A stretch of DNA of 64,000 bases. Source: Octopus sinensis (Eukaryota). Both the position numbers and the translations under genes were made by a program. The notes below the pieces were generated by a model. The model was given only the letters and a program-made list of their open reading frames with translations, did no database searches and was not told the DNA's origin. Location: NCBI RefSeq assembly GCF_006345805.1, contig NC_043001.1, positions 124,496,001-124,560,000 on the forward strand, read 5' to 3'. How positions within the stretch are numbered: the stretch's first letter is position 1; each line of letters begins with the position of its first letter. Positions 1-12,722 of this stretch are shown piece by piece.

Positions 1-36
1 ACAATGAAAAACTTAAGCCAATACATACATATATAT

Positions 37-90
<54 letters not shown>

Positions 91-109
91 ATGGTATCTG
101 TTTTACGTA

Positions 110-422
110 TTTATTGACTGATCTCATTCGTTTACTTGTACCACTCAAACACATGTTTGTAATCATTTAATAAATAGATATTGGAATATTTACTGGCTAA
201 TGCTTGTCGATTTTATATCCTCTCCATTTTCATATTTGCCTCGTACATATATATATATGAAATAAATCACAAACATATTTTAACGAATCTAAAGTTCGCC
301 TACGCGTAAACACCACTTGGGGCTGATTCTGTTGAATTTCTTCCGTCCTAGCGGTCTAATAGCGCAACTCTGTCAATGTTGACTGTTTTAGTAAAAGCCA
401 CGACTGTAAAATCTGAGCAGAG
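110..422 (-). other. Putative 3'UTR with polyadenylation signals
   Basis: Non-repetitive sequence after the TAA; ATTAAA (plus tttaat ~166-171) and AATAAA (plus tttatt 110-115) on the minus strand. Confidence 0.4.
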
Positions 423-577
423 TTACACCTCTTCGATATTTCCGACTGATAACGGGTAAACAGTTAGAAATGCGTCTGGGAATCTGATAGGGGGCGGCAC
501 TGTGCAGATATGGTGATTTTGCACGTGTTTATCATAAGAGAGAAGGTAATTCTCCACGGTAACTGCAGGGAATTTGC
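423..577 (-). CDS. Putative terminal coding exon of an uncharacterised minus-strand gene ((C)KFPAVTVENYLLSYDKHVQNHHICTVPPPIRFPDAFLTVYPLSVGNIEEV*)
   Basis: Acceptor tttcaacttctaaag|GC; 50 open codons then TAA at 425-423; phase 1 matches the donor of exon 15652-15559; followed by complex 3'UTR-like sequence. Confidence 0.65.
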
Positions 578-733
578 CTTTAGAAGTTGAAATATGTCAC
601 AAACGTATCATAACAATTTTAAAGTTCGCTAATGCCTAAACACTGCAGAATATATATATATATATATCTATAATTATAATATATATATAATATATATGTT
701 TGGGTGTGTGTGTGTTGTGTGTGGTGTGTGTCG

Positions 734-764
<31 letters not shown>

Positions 765-869
765 TGTTGTGTGTGTGTGTGTGTCTGTGTCTCTGGGTGT
801 GTGTAATATATATATACACACACAGAGGGAGAGAGAGGATATATATATATAATGTATATATATATATAA

Positions 870-1002
870 GATTTTGCCTTTCATCCTTTCGGGGTCGATA
901 ATTAAGTACCAGATACGCACTGGAGTCGATGTAATCGACTTAATTCGTTTGTCTGTCCTTGTTTCTCCCTTCTATGTTTAGCCCCTTGTGGGCAACAAAG
1001 AA

Positions 1003-1006
<4 letters not shown>
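870..1006 (+). mobile_element. 5'-truncated SINE family A with long (Tx1-like) tail
   Basis: Body motif tttgcctttcatcctttcggggtcgat...gatgtaatcgacttaa; tail gtttagccccttgtgggcaacaaagaaata. Confidence 0.85.
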
Positions 1007-1047
<41 letters not shown>

Positions 1048-1115
1048 GAGAGAGAGGGAGAGAGAGACAGAGACAGAGACAGACAGAGACATAGATAGAG
1101 ACAGACAGAGATAGG

Positions 1116-1184
<69 letters not shown>

Positions 1185-1693
1185 GGGACATTATCTCACG
1201 CACTGTATAACAGAACCAATTATTTGACATTTATGGGGGCAGTATTATTTACCAACTTCTGATCACCCCATTTGACTTATCTAGGGGTAGGTCACTAGAG
1301 GTAGGTCACTGGGGTTAGTGACATTTATGGATTCACCAAGCACGTCAGCAAATTATGTGAAAACTATAAGACCAGGAATCAAACTTCCATTACGGCGAAC
1401 ACCAATTATATATATGCTACCTATACACTCACATACAGTTAAACACTCGCGCATAAGCACACATCTCATGTAGATCACACAGGCACTGCACGCATACAGC
1501 ATACGCAAGACAATTAAATAACACACGTACACACATAGACACACGTAGACACTCGCATAGACGTACACAGACACAGATAATAAGCACATACGACACACAC
1601 TGACAGAACTCAAACATACAACATATACACATACGCACAAATGCGCACAACACGCAAGCACTAACGTCACAAAATACACCCAAAGATAGGCAC

Positions 1694-1705
1694 ACACACA
1701 CCCAG

Positions 1706-1744
<39 letters not shown>

Positions 1745-2453
1745 AACAAACACACTCACTCACATAACTGCGTTTATATGTGGTTGAGTGTACTTACGTG
1801 TGTTTGTGTCAGATTTTATTGCCGTCTGGTTTCCTAAGACGAAAAACAGTTTCCAACTATGACCATCACGATTTTTTATAGAAACATTCTCTGCATAACA
1901 ACATCAGCCCGTGTACACTTTCTTATGTTTACAGACGGGTGGATGCGATACAGGGTAGATTTGGCCGTAATTCAAGCAAGTCGAACGACAACCTAGGCAC
2001 ACGACACATACACACGTACACAACATATGCACAGCAGACACACACGTAGCCTACACACAAGACATTATTTACACAATACATACACACACACACACACATA
2101 CACACACACACTCACCCGTGCAAACAAACACACACTCAAATACAAGTCAGCTACTAAACTTATAGGTTGTCGTTCGACTTGCTTGAATTAACGGCCAAAT
2201 CTGCCCTGTATCGCATCCACCCGTCTCTAAACATTAGAAAGTGTACACGGGATGATATTGTTATGCAGAGAATGTTTCTGGAAAAAATCGTGATGGTCAT
2301 AGTTGGAAACTGTTTTTCGTCTTAGGAAACCAGACGGCAATAAAATCTGACACAAACACACGTTAGTACACTCAAACACATATAAACGCAGTTATGTGAG
2401 TGAGTGTGTATGTTTGTATGTGTGTGTGTGTGTCTGTGTGCCTGGGTGTGTGT
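1694..2453. repeat. Long inverted repeat: arms 1694-1995 and 2163-2453, 167-bp spacer
   Basis: Manual alignment gives about 10 differences over about 240 non-microsatellite nt. Confidence 0.95.
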
Positions 2454-2459
2454 ACTAAC

Positions 2460-4025
2460 TGCCCGTAAATTAAGGCACAGCTTTCCTTATTCCCAACAGG
2501 TGCCGGAGATACACTATCTCTTCCTGTAGGTAACAAAGCTGTAACAAAGCTTTAGGAATGCAAATATTAACGTAGATACGGTGACAGGAAGGTTTGGTGA
2601 GGTTTGGAAGATGCTGAAGCAGAAGTGAATGTATGTGTGATGCGTCCAAGCTGTAATGTGGAAATGCTCTGCAACCAAACGCCTCAAATGTAAAAGATAG
2701 CAACACAAATTCTACTGGGAAAGTAATAATGAGAGCAAGCACAAATTAGGCATGTGTCGGCTGAGAAATTGACAGAAAAAATATAAAACTATTTCAGGTC
2801 GTCAGGGTGTGCGATTAGATAATTCAGATATGACTAGTTATGGGCAACTGAAGAACGATAGTAATTTCTGCATATGACACACAGGTACGAGTAATAGAAG
2901 AACAAAAAGATCGCTTCTATGAGTCTGCAGACTGCTTCGACGATTATATACAATGACTTCAAAGGTCATTTGGCCTACACGGCAATAGCTTCGACGAGAT
3001 ATATGAAGGCTATTGATGGTGCAAGTAATTACGAGGGTGTAATGTTCCTGGAGTTCTGAGATGCAACTGATCTAATACACACTTTAGGAAAATAGTCAAC
3101 CGCCTTAACATCTATCAGCCTGGCGAACAAAGCTAGATTGATTATATTCTCACCAGGAAAAGGAACAGAAGAGCGATTCTAAAAACCAAAACCTTTCCTA
3201 TCGAAGAATGCCCTAAGACAACATAGATCAGTGGCCACTGTCTTTAAAAGTCAGAGTTACGCAACCATAGAAATGGAAAAAATTACATGGAGGAAGAAGA
3301 TAAAGAAACTAAAGGATCCCACAACTGTTAGTAGATTTAGATACGTTCTAATTGAGGCTTATGACTGCAGGGAAGAAGATTCACATACTTGTAACATAGA
3401 TTTGAGATGAACACAGGGAATTTCTAAGAGCTTAGGTCTACAGATCAGGCATGCGGCTAGAGCAAAGTCTCGGCCAAGCCAAAGATAATACGGTGAGGAG
3501 ATTATACGATTAATAGGGCGTCAAAGGCTACGAGACAGGCTTGGAAAATTTAAAATAAAGGTTGTATTAGTGAGCATAACCGTATGGCTAGAAGGATATC
3601 TAAGCTACAGGTATAGTTGGCTAAGGATGAAGCAGAGACAAAGAGATATTGGCATGTCTTGAAATGCGAGGATCGGAGGCATAAGGGTTTTAGGATCGTG
3701 AGACACTGTGAGAGAGAAAAGAAAATCATTGGTGAATGAATATTAGAAAGAAATGAAGCTAGATGAAGCTAACGCGCCTTGTTGGATATGTAATGTAAGT
3801 ATGACGGACATAGTAGAAATGGGCTGACAGAAAAACTAGGCAAAAACCGAATGAGATGTGCTAAAAGGAAAGAAGATAGTGCCGGTATGGTTGTGTGATA
3901 AGTATTGATGACGACAGCTGTGCAGCTATATAAAGATCCATACACTTAATTTTGATGGAAGCAACAGAAGAGACAGACACAGAAAGAGATCAGATAAAGT
4001 GGAGAAAGAAGACCTCGGTATCCAG
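2460..4025 (+). mobile_element. Degenerate RTE-clade LINE (AP endonuclease region plus 3' end)
   Basis: Broken frames give NDFKGH (GDFNGH-like), DYILTR, EEC..QHR motifs and an RTE-type purine-rich 3' end. Confidence 0.7.
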
Positions 4026-4142
4026 CGCCTCACGCAAGAGATGACGAAGAACCGAAATAACTAGTGATACGTGATTCTTGAAGAGATGGGCATCCCTTGG
4101 TGAAAATAAGCTCTGCAATCCTTGTACTCACAGACATATATA

Positions 4143-4452
4143 GGCGCAGGAGTGGCTGTGTGGTAAGTAGCTCGCTTACCAACCACATGTTTCCGAGTTC
4201 AGTCCCACTGCGTGGCATCTTGGGCAAGTGTCTTCTACTATCGCGTCGGGTCGACTAAAGCCTTGTGAGTGGATTTGGTAGATGGAAACTGAAAGAAGCC
4301 TGTCGTATATATATATATATATAATTTTGCGGTTCGGCAAAAGAGACCGATAGAGTAAGTACTATGCTTACAAAGAATCAGTCTTGGATCGATTTGTTCG
4401 GTTGGAAGCGGGGTTCCAGCATGGCCGCAGTCAAATAACTGAAACAAATAAA

Positions 4453-4454
<2 letters not shown>
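4143..4454 (+). mobile_element. SINE family B (tRNA head, CORE-like cttgggcaagt), internally deleted
   Basis: ggcgcaggagtggctgtgtggtaag head; tail gcatggccgcagtcaaataactgaaacaa. Confidence 0.85.
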
Positions 4455-4494
<40 letters not shown>

Positions 4495-4602
4495 TATACA
4501 TATATATATATGTGTGTGTGTGTGTATACATACATACATACATACATACATACATACATACATACATACATACACACATACACACATATATATACATATA
4601 TA

Positions 4603-4764
4603 TTGAGTTGGCAACTAAGTTCTCGCCGTTTATTTTAAATCCTACTTTTTAAAAATGTTTAATAACAAATAACAACTAATTAATCAATAATGTATTCACC
4701 CTTGTTGTTTACAACTTCTTCCCAGCGTTCAACAAGATTTTCAATTCATCGTTGGTAGAAATCG
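4603..4764 (-). mobile_element. Mariner 3' end with TIR
   Basis: Translation DFYQR*IENLVERWEEVVNNKGEYIID* (mariner C-terminus); terminus ttgagttggcaactaagtt next to TA. Confidence 0.8.
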
Positions 4765-5242
4765 ACCGTGATACCCGGCTTTGTGCAGCTCCTGGGTTCT
4801 CGAAGTGATCATTAAGCTCTGCAGTAATTCTGGGAGCTTTACGTTTGTGATCCGACGGTCCCTATCTGAAAGTTTTGGTTTTCTTCCGGAGTTTTGTTTC
4901 GACGAGGAGGTTTTTTCCTCTTTCTCAAAGGCTGTCATTATTTTTGAAACAGTACTTCTTGACACACCAAACATTTTGGCAGCTTTCTTTACGTTAGCGC
5001 CTGCATTACGAGCACCAACACTTTCACCTCTTTGAAAGTCCCTTAGATCTGTCATTTTAATGAATTTTAATTAACTTTTTTCTGATGATATCTGAAAAGA
5101 AACAGCAATTTTAGCAAAACATATTAAGCAACACTAATAATAAATCAAAAATCATAAAAAAATAAACAAGCTTGTGACGGTTTTATAGATATTTCAAAAT
5201 TATGATGCTATGATGCTAAGTGTTTCCATTACTTTGTCCAAC

Positions 5243-5247
<5 letters not shown>
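4765..5247 (-). mobile_element. Tc1-like transposon 5' end (HTH region) with TIR
   Basis: ORF 4741-5055 MTDLRDFQRGESVGARNAGANVKKAAKMFGVSRSTVSKI...GRKPKLSDRD; terminus TA|CAATGGTTGGACAAAGTAATGGAAACAC. Confidence 0.85.
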
Positions 5248-5290
<43 letters not shown>

Positions 5291-5385
5291 TCGGGGTGAG
5301 TACTTGATAATTATAAGCACCTGTGTATACCGTTTGGTGGTGTAGGTGGTGGAGTAAATTGATATATATATATATATATATATAT

Positions 5386-5387
<2 letters not shown>

Positions 5388-5476
<89 letters not shown>
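5388..5476. repeat. (TAGA)n microsatellite adjoining (TA)n
   Basis: Directly visible. Confidence 0.95.
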
Positions 5477-5857
5477 TATGCACAAATGGGGCTTTGCTCA
5501 GTTTCCTCCTCTGATCTACCCATCACTGTACCTCTCGCTTGATATCACATTAATTTTCTTACTATCTAGAACTATTCCTCTATTCTTTATTCTTCATTCA
5601 TTAGTATCGTCCTCTCTACTTACATTTTACATTGATCACATCCCCCACAGAGTCACAAAATTATCTCTTGTATCTGTTTCACACTTTTCTCATGCATTAC
5701 ACCTGCCACACTCGCTCCCACTTCTACAGCCTAGAACACCATCATATCATCTCTCATCCTTCTCTTGTTTGTTCGTATATGTAGGGTATGTGTATGATGC
5801 ATAATTATATATGTATACACACACACAGATAAACAGCTAGAAAGATAGATAGATATG

Positions 5858-6255
5858 TTTCTTTATTAGCCACACAGGGCTGCACACAGACAGGACAAAA
5901 TTACAAGGTAGAACTTTTCTTTTGGGGGTAAAAGAAGGGGGTTTGGTTTTCGATCAAAAGGGATCGTAAATGGAAAGAAAGAGGACAAAAAGGGGGGGGG
6001 GATAAAATAAAATTTTTAAAAAAAGGGGGGTGAGGAAAAAAGGGGAGGTGAGGAAAAAAAAGAGAAAGGAAAAAAATTGATCAATAGGGATCGTTATCAC
6101 AGAAATGTCAATATGAAGTGTAAAGGGCAGGACAGGTGAGGTTTACCCGTGGAAAGAAAAGCCTACGGAAAAGACCACGGTAACCTCGGTCAATGAAGTC
6201 ACATGTTATTTTTTTTTTTTTGCAAATAAGCAACTCTCTGTATTAATTTTTACAT
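5858..6255 (-). mobile_element. LINE 3'UTR remnant, probably Tx1/L1-like
   Basis: Ends ...gccctgtgtggctaataaagaaa, resembling the tail of the ORF-bearing Tx1-like copy at 24356; no ORF retained. Confidence 0.55.
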
Positions 6256-6775
6256 AGATAGATAGATATCGTAATAACAGTCGTGAGCAGCCTAACTAAA
6301 AGCAAAAAATATGTAAGTATTAAGCGTAAAATGCGTCCTTAAGGCTAAGTACGAGCAGTTGGGAAACTGTTCGCAACTACTTGCTATTCTTTCCAAAGCA
6401 TACGGGAATACTGCTTATATTCAGTTAAAAGTAAAGAGAAGATACGGAGAATGGCTAAGAAGTTTACGTATTTGTGTCTACACGTGTGATAATGCATTTT
6501 ATGTATGTATATATAGGCATGTACGTAAGTAAGAATGTATATACGTATGTATGTTGGTAGCTAGGTTAGTAGATAGTTAGGTAGGTGTAAAAACATATTT
6601 CATCATTCGATGCTGTTAACACTATGTTATTCATCCTCCAGCTTATTATTACAAGTTCTTGACTACGCTTTTAAATCTTATTTTTATATCCAAACTTCTG
6701 TACTGACCGCGTATTTATGTACGTATACGTTAAAGTGCACACACACACATACACACACACACACACACACACATT

Positions 6776-6806
<31 letters not shown>

Positions 6807-7037
6807 CTACATGCATATAAATTATGCTCAAACACCAGCACATATAGACATACATTAGTATATGTGTATGTGTGTGTGTATACACCACATGTACAAAAAT
6901 ACATACATACGTTTATTTAGATGCATATGTATCTATATAAATGGATAGATAGTTAGATAGGTATACAGTAAATCTCTGTCATAGGATAAACTATAACTTA
7001 TAAAAGTACTCAATAATCATATATATACAGACACACG

Positions 7038-7093
<56 letters not shown>

Positions 7094-7166
7094 GAGAGAG
7101 AGAGAGTGAGGGAGATAAAGAGATACATACATAACTATTTATAACACACACACACAAACATATATA

Positions 7167-7221
<55 letters not shown>

Positions 7222-7541
7222 ATATATATTATTCAAAATAAGTATACGACCGAGTATGTGTGTGTGTGTGTATGCTTACGCGTTCGTGTCTGTGGTATAT
7301 CTTCATGGGTGTATATACGCGATACACAGACACCTTTGAATGGTGTTTCCATATTAATGTTATGTTGGTTTAAATGGAAAATTTATGGCTGCTTGAGTTC
7401 TAGTATATGTGTTAGTTTGTGTATACACATGTATACATGTGTTGTTATATGCTATAATATATATACATACACACATACGTACATACATACATACATACAT
7501 ACATACATACACACACAAACACATATACATACATACATATG

Positions 7542-7609
<68 letters not shown>

Positions 7610-8216
7610 TATATATATAATATATATACAGAAACATACATACAGACAGACATACGTATATACACACGGAAAGAGACAGATGGAGGAAAAAAAGACTTTT
7701 GGTAATAAACAATCACTTCAAATAATAAACTAAAAACACGAAACAACAACAATAAAAAAGCGTCTGCACAAAGCAATAAATATATAAATCCGACACACCA
7801 CCTCCCCCCAGTCCCAATGTTTTGGTCTTGACAGAGATGATATATTCAAATTGTTATGCACATTGTGTCTTGTGCAAAATATCAAACTGTATCCGAATAT
7901 GAGTTCTGAAGTTTTGAGGAGAGTGGAAATACATCTCTGTTTCTCAGTCGCCATTACTCCGAGGATTACCCTGGGTGATACTTCGGATCAAGGTTGCCAT
8001 TTATGAGTCGAAAAAGCAGGTTGTTCCTCTGGCTCGGTCATACAGGATCTATTGGGAACGGCTTGCTCCTAGATGTGTATGAAAAAATCGCGAGTATTCA
8101 TTGCGCGGGTATTCACTTTCCTAAGTTTGCATTTGTGCTCTGATAGAGAATAGTTGGGTGAATGATGAAATTGTTATAACTAGTGGCTAGATACTTTAAT
8201 ATATGATTATTATATA

Positions 8217-8256
<40 letters not shown>

Positions 8257-8317
8257 ATATATATATATATACACACATATATATTATATATATAAGTATA
8301 TATGTATGTATATATAT

Positions 8318-8724
8318 GCAGGAGTGGCTATGTGGTAAGTAGCTTGCTAACCAATCACATGGTTCCGGGTTCAGTCCCACTGCGTGGCATCTTGGGCAAG
8401 TGTCTTCTGCTATAGCCCCGGGCCGACCAATGCCTTGTGAGTGGATTTGGTAGACGGAAACTGAAAGAAGCCTGTCGTATATATGTATATATATATGTGT
8501 GTCTGTGTGTTTGTGTGTCTGTGTTTGTCCCCCTAGCATTGCTTGACAACCGATGCTGGTGTGTTTACGTCCCCGTCACTTAGCGGTTCGGCAAAAGAGA
8601 CTGATAGAATAAGTACTGGACTTACAAAGAATGAGTCCCGGAGTCGATTTGCTCGACTAAAGGTGGTGCTCCAGCATGGCCGCAGTCAAATGACTGAAAC
8701 AAGTAAAATAGTAAAGAGTAAAGA
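8318..8724 (+). mobile_element. Full-length SINE family B with internal TA/TG microsatellite
   Basis: A/B-box-like head, CORE-like segment, bipartite body, (gagtaaaa) tail. Further copies at about 8847-9280(+), 21612-22015(-), 23040-23370(-), 25571-25960(-), 28336-28470(+), 29296-29672(+), 31215-31405(+), 58790-59025(-), 60270-60665(-), 61990-62375(-). Confidence 0.9.
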
Positions 8725-8728
8725 GTAT

Positions 8729-8803
<75 letters not shown>

Positions 8804-10199
8804 ATATATATAAATATATATGTATATATATATATATAAAGTCGTGTAGGCGCTGCCATGACCACGTGGTTACGAAGCTCGCGTTGCATCTACGTAGTTT
8901 CAGTTCAATCCATGTCCTCGGCACCTTTGATATATTTCTTCCCCTATAGCTCTTGGTCGACCAATGACTTGAGAGTGAATTTGGGAGACAGAAATTGTGT
9001 GGAAGCCTGTCTTATACATACATACACAGTTACACACACACACACACTCAAATGTATGTGTGTCTTTCTAGTTTACGTTTGTTCCCTTACCAATGCTTGA
9101 AAATTGTTGTTGGCTTATTTACATTGCCTGTAACATAGCGGCTTGACAATATAACCGATAGAGTAAGTAATAGATTCTTGGAAAAAAATAAGTACTGGAG
9201 TAGATTTATACAACTAAACATCAAGAGACGGTGTCCCAGCTTGTCCCCGTTCCAATGGCTGAAACAAGAAAATGATAAAATGATAAAAGATGCCTCAGAA
9301 GTATACGGTGTCCATTGTCACAACCTGTTGTATTATTCTACGACATTGAACTTAACGTTTTAGTTATGTAGTTCTCAAAAATATACATATCAGTTATTGT
9401 TTTGTAATTGTTATTAGTTTTTTAAAACAAATTCTGACCAGATTAAATCACGATAATGCAAGAACGGAATAATTATGAAGAAAACCAGTTGAGTTAATGA
9501 ATTTTCAATAACTTTATATATGCAGATTAATAAATACAGAGTGTCTCGTTGGTGGAATATCGCACATCTTTCACTCTTTATTCTTATCAAACTGTCATTG
9601 TCCGGTTATTCGCTCAATAACCTATCATTATACAATTAGGTATGGGAGGTGCACTTATCTCATAATAACTGTCACATATTTCATAACGGGAGACAGAAAG
9701 TTTTAGATTCCCATCATGATCTATGGTTATGTTATTGTGTGAACTTAATTATTATAATGAATTTATCATATTTGGTGGATGAGCAGGCATCCCTAGTATA
9801 CCAAGGAAATATGCTTCTGATACGTGTATACGAAGTCACAGGCCTCAAATATACTTACATTCATACACATGCCGAAAAGCTCACAAATATACATATATTT
9901 CTATGCATACTCAGGCACATGGTAACATAGACACACACACACACACACGTGCGCACGCATACACGCATACACGCATACACACATATACACAGATACATAC
10001 ACCCACACTATACGCAATTAAATACATGCGCAAATATATATACACACACATATGTTTGCATACGTCCGCATATAGTGATACATACATACATATATTCACA
10101 TGTTTTCACATCACCACGCACGAATAAGCAGGTAAACGGATACACAGATGCATACATATGTACACATATATCTACATATTTATCCTTGTATATACACCT

Positions 10200-10234
<35 letters not shown>

Positions 10235-10381
10235 ATATATATATATATATATAATTAATAATAAGGGTGAGAGAATTAGATACTAATTTAATAGTATATC
10301 TATTCAACACCAAGTGGCCTAGTGCTCCGAGAAACCTGGATTATTATAATATTTTATAACATATTATAATATTTTTACAAA

Positions 10382-10594
10382 ATAAATATAAGAGAGTGGT
10401 CACTATATGGCTCACTCTAGCACCAGTTAATCAAAAGGTTTCAACCACGAAAATACATGTTTCCCATGAAAGTCAGTACGATTGTGAGCTAACAATCGTA
10501 CTGACTTTCATGGGAAACATGTATTTTCGTGGTTGAAACCTTGGATTAACTGGTGCTAGAGTGAGCCATATAGTGACCACTCTCTTATATTTAT
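10382..10594. repeat. 213-bp near-perfect palindrome
   Basis: Arms 10382-10485 and 10492-10594, 6-nt centre gagcta, one substitution plus one indel in the arms. Confidence 0.95.
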
Positions 10595-10617
10595 ATATAT
10601 ATATATATATAAACACA

Positions 10618-10659
<42 letters not shown>

Positions 10660-10692
10660 CACACATACATGCATACATACATACATACATAC

Positions 10693-10795
<103 letters not shown>

Positions 10796-11245
10796 ATTGT
10801 CTTCCATTCAATATTCAACTACAATCTTCATGCCCCTGATATATTGGAAACGGAATCTATGTCAACGGAAATAGTTGAGAAGATTGCTATGGATGTGATA
10901 AGTTATTAGAAATCTTTGTAGTTGTAGAAGCTGCGAGGATAAGAAAGGTGTGATTGAGTTTCAGCACAGAAATGAATTTGAAAACCGAAAGACAAAAATA
11001 AATGAATAAGTAAAACTATTATTGATATATGACGATTTAGGAAACAATTGAAAGATTTAACCTTTGTTCCACTTAAAATATGCCATGTATTGCACAGTTA
11101 GCTCTCGATAAAGGAGTTGTGCATAAAGCCTTGGTGTTTCTGCAGTTTATATATTATAAGGTGGCAACCGATCCTCCGACTGAACGAAGAAAAGTATTTC
11201 CGTTGTTTTTTTTTTTTCAATTTACTAATACTATATGTTGGTAGT

Positions 11246-11626
11246 GGAGGCGCAATGGCCCAGTGGTTAGGGCAGCGGACTCGTGGTCATAGGATCGCGG
11301 TTTCGATTCCCAGACGGGACGTTGTGAGTGTTTATTGAGCGAAAACACCTAAAAGCTCCACGACGCTCCGGCAGGGGATGGTGGTGATCCCTGCTGTACT
11401 CTTTCACCACAACTTTCTCTCACTCTTACTTCCTGTTTCCGTTGTACCTGTATTTCAAGGGGCCGGCCTTGTCACTCTCTGTGTCATGCTGAATATCCCC
11501 GAGAACTACGTTAAGGGTGCACGTGTCTGTGGAGTGCTCAGCCACTTACACGTTAATTTCACGAGCAGGCTGTTCCGTTGATTCGGATCAACCAGAACCC
11601 TCGTCGTCGTAACCGACGGAGTGCTT
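11246..11626 (+). mobile_element. tRNA-derived SINE family C
   Basis: A box TGGCCCAGTGG, B box GGTTTCGATTCC; tRNA-like head followed by a non-tRNA body. Confidence 0.85.
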
Positions 11627-11774
11627 CCCCACTATATTTTGGTCACGAATCCTGATAGCAATGTCATTGTAGTTCTTTGATAGGACTGATTTTGATTTGA
11701 ACCCAGAATGCACGGAAACTGAACAGATTGCGCAAAATATTGTGTACGATGCTCTAACACCTTCACTAACCCAC

Positions 11775-12372
11775 TAAGGCGGCTGGCAGAAACGTTAGCA
11801 CGCCGAGCGAAATGCGTAGCCGTATTTCGTCTGCCGTTACATTCTGAGTTCAAATTCCGCCGAGGTCGACTTTGCGTTTCATCCTTTCGGGGTCGATAAA
11901 ATTAAGTGCCAGTTGCGTACTGGGGTCGATCTAATCGACTTAATCCATCTGTCTGTACTTGTTTATCCGCTCTGTGTTTAACCCCTTGTGGGTAGTAAAG
12001 AAATAGGTATTTCGTCTGCTGCACGTTCTGAGTTCAAATTCCGCCGAGGTCGACTTTGCCTTTTAATCCTTTCGGGGTCGATTAAATTAGTACCAGTTAT
12101 GCACTGGGGTAGATATAATCGACTTAATCTGTTTTCTGTCCTTGTTTGTCCCCTCTGTTTGTAGCCCCTTGTGGGCAGTAAAAAGTAAGAAACGTTAGCA
12201 CGCCGGGCGAAATGCTTAGCAGTATTTCGTCTGTCATTACGTTCTGAGTTCAAATTGCACCGAGGTCGACTTTGCCTTTCATCCTTTCGGGGTCGATGAA
12301 TTAAGTACCAGTTGCGTATTGGGGTCGATCTAATCGACTTAATCCCTTCCTTGTGCCTAGAGTAGAAAAGAA
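11775..12372 (+). mobile_element. Trimeric concatemer of SINE family A
   Basis: Three bodies (gagttcaaattccgccgaggtcgac) with junctions after 12005 and 12187. Confidence 0.85.
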
Positions 12373-12722
12373 TTCCACTAACCCGCTGTCTTAGCCTGAA
12401 TGCTTTTATCGACCACAAAACCCTGAAAGATAAATGTGACCTCCGTGAACTCAACTAGCAGAGATTCAATAGAATTACCAGGAGACATTCTATTCAATAA
12501 TCTAATAACCCCGCCAATTACTTACTTTTTTCTTTTTCTTTTTTTTTTTTTTGCTCAATGTAGTTCTGTAACTGTCAGATTTCAATTAGAGTAGCTATGC
12601 TATCATGCAGGTTACAAGCTCGAGATGGATCGTATGAGAGGAATAACTAATGTAGTTATTGTTGTTAATGCTATTGCTGATTAGCTCTGAATGTATTCTG
12701 CTTGATTTTCTATTTTTCAACC

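Noticed and set aside
7948-8080. Plus-strand SPLLRGLPWVILRIKVAIYESKKQ... after a ctctgtttctcag acceptor
   Set aside because: No strong donor or recognisable domain, and no supporting exons
11246-11320. tRNA-like heads (also 54390-54456 and family A/B heads)
   Set aside because: They continue into SINE bodies and lack a complete acceptor stem
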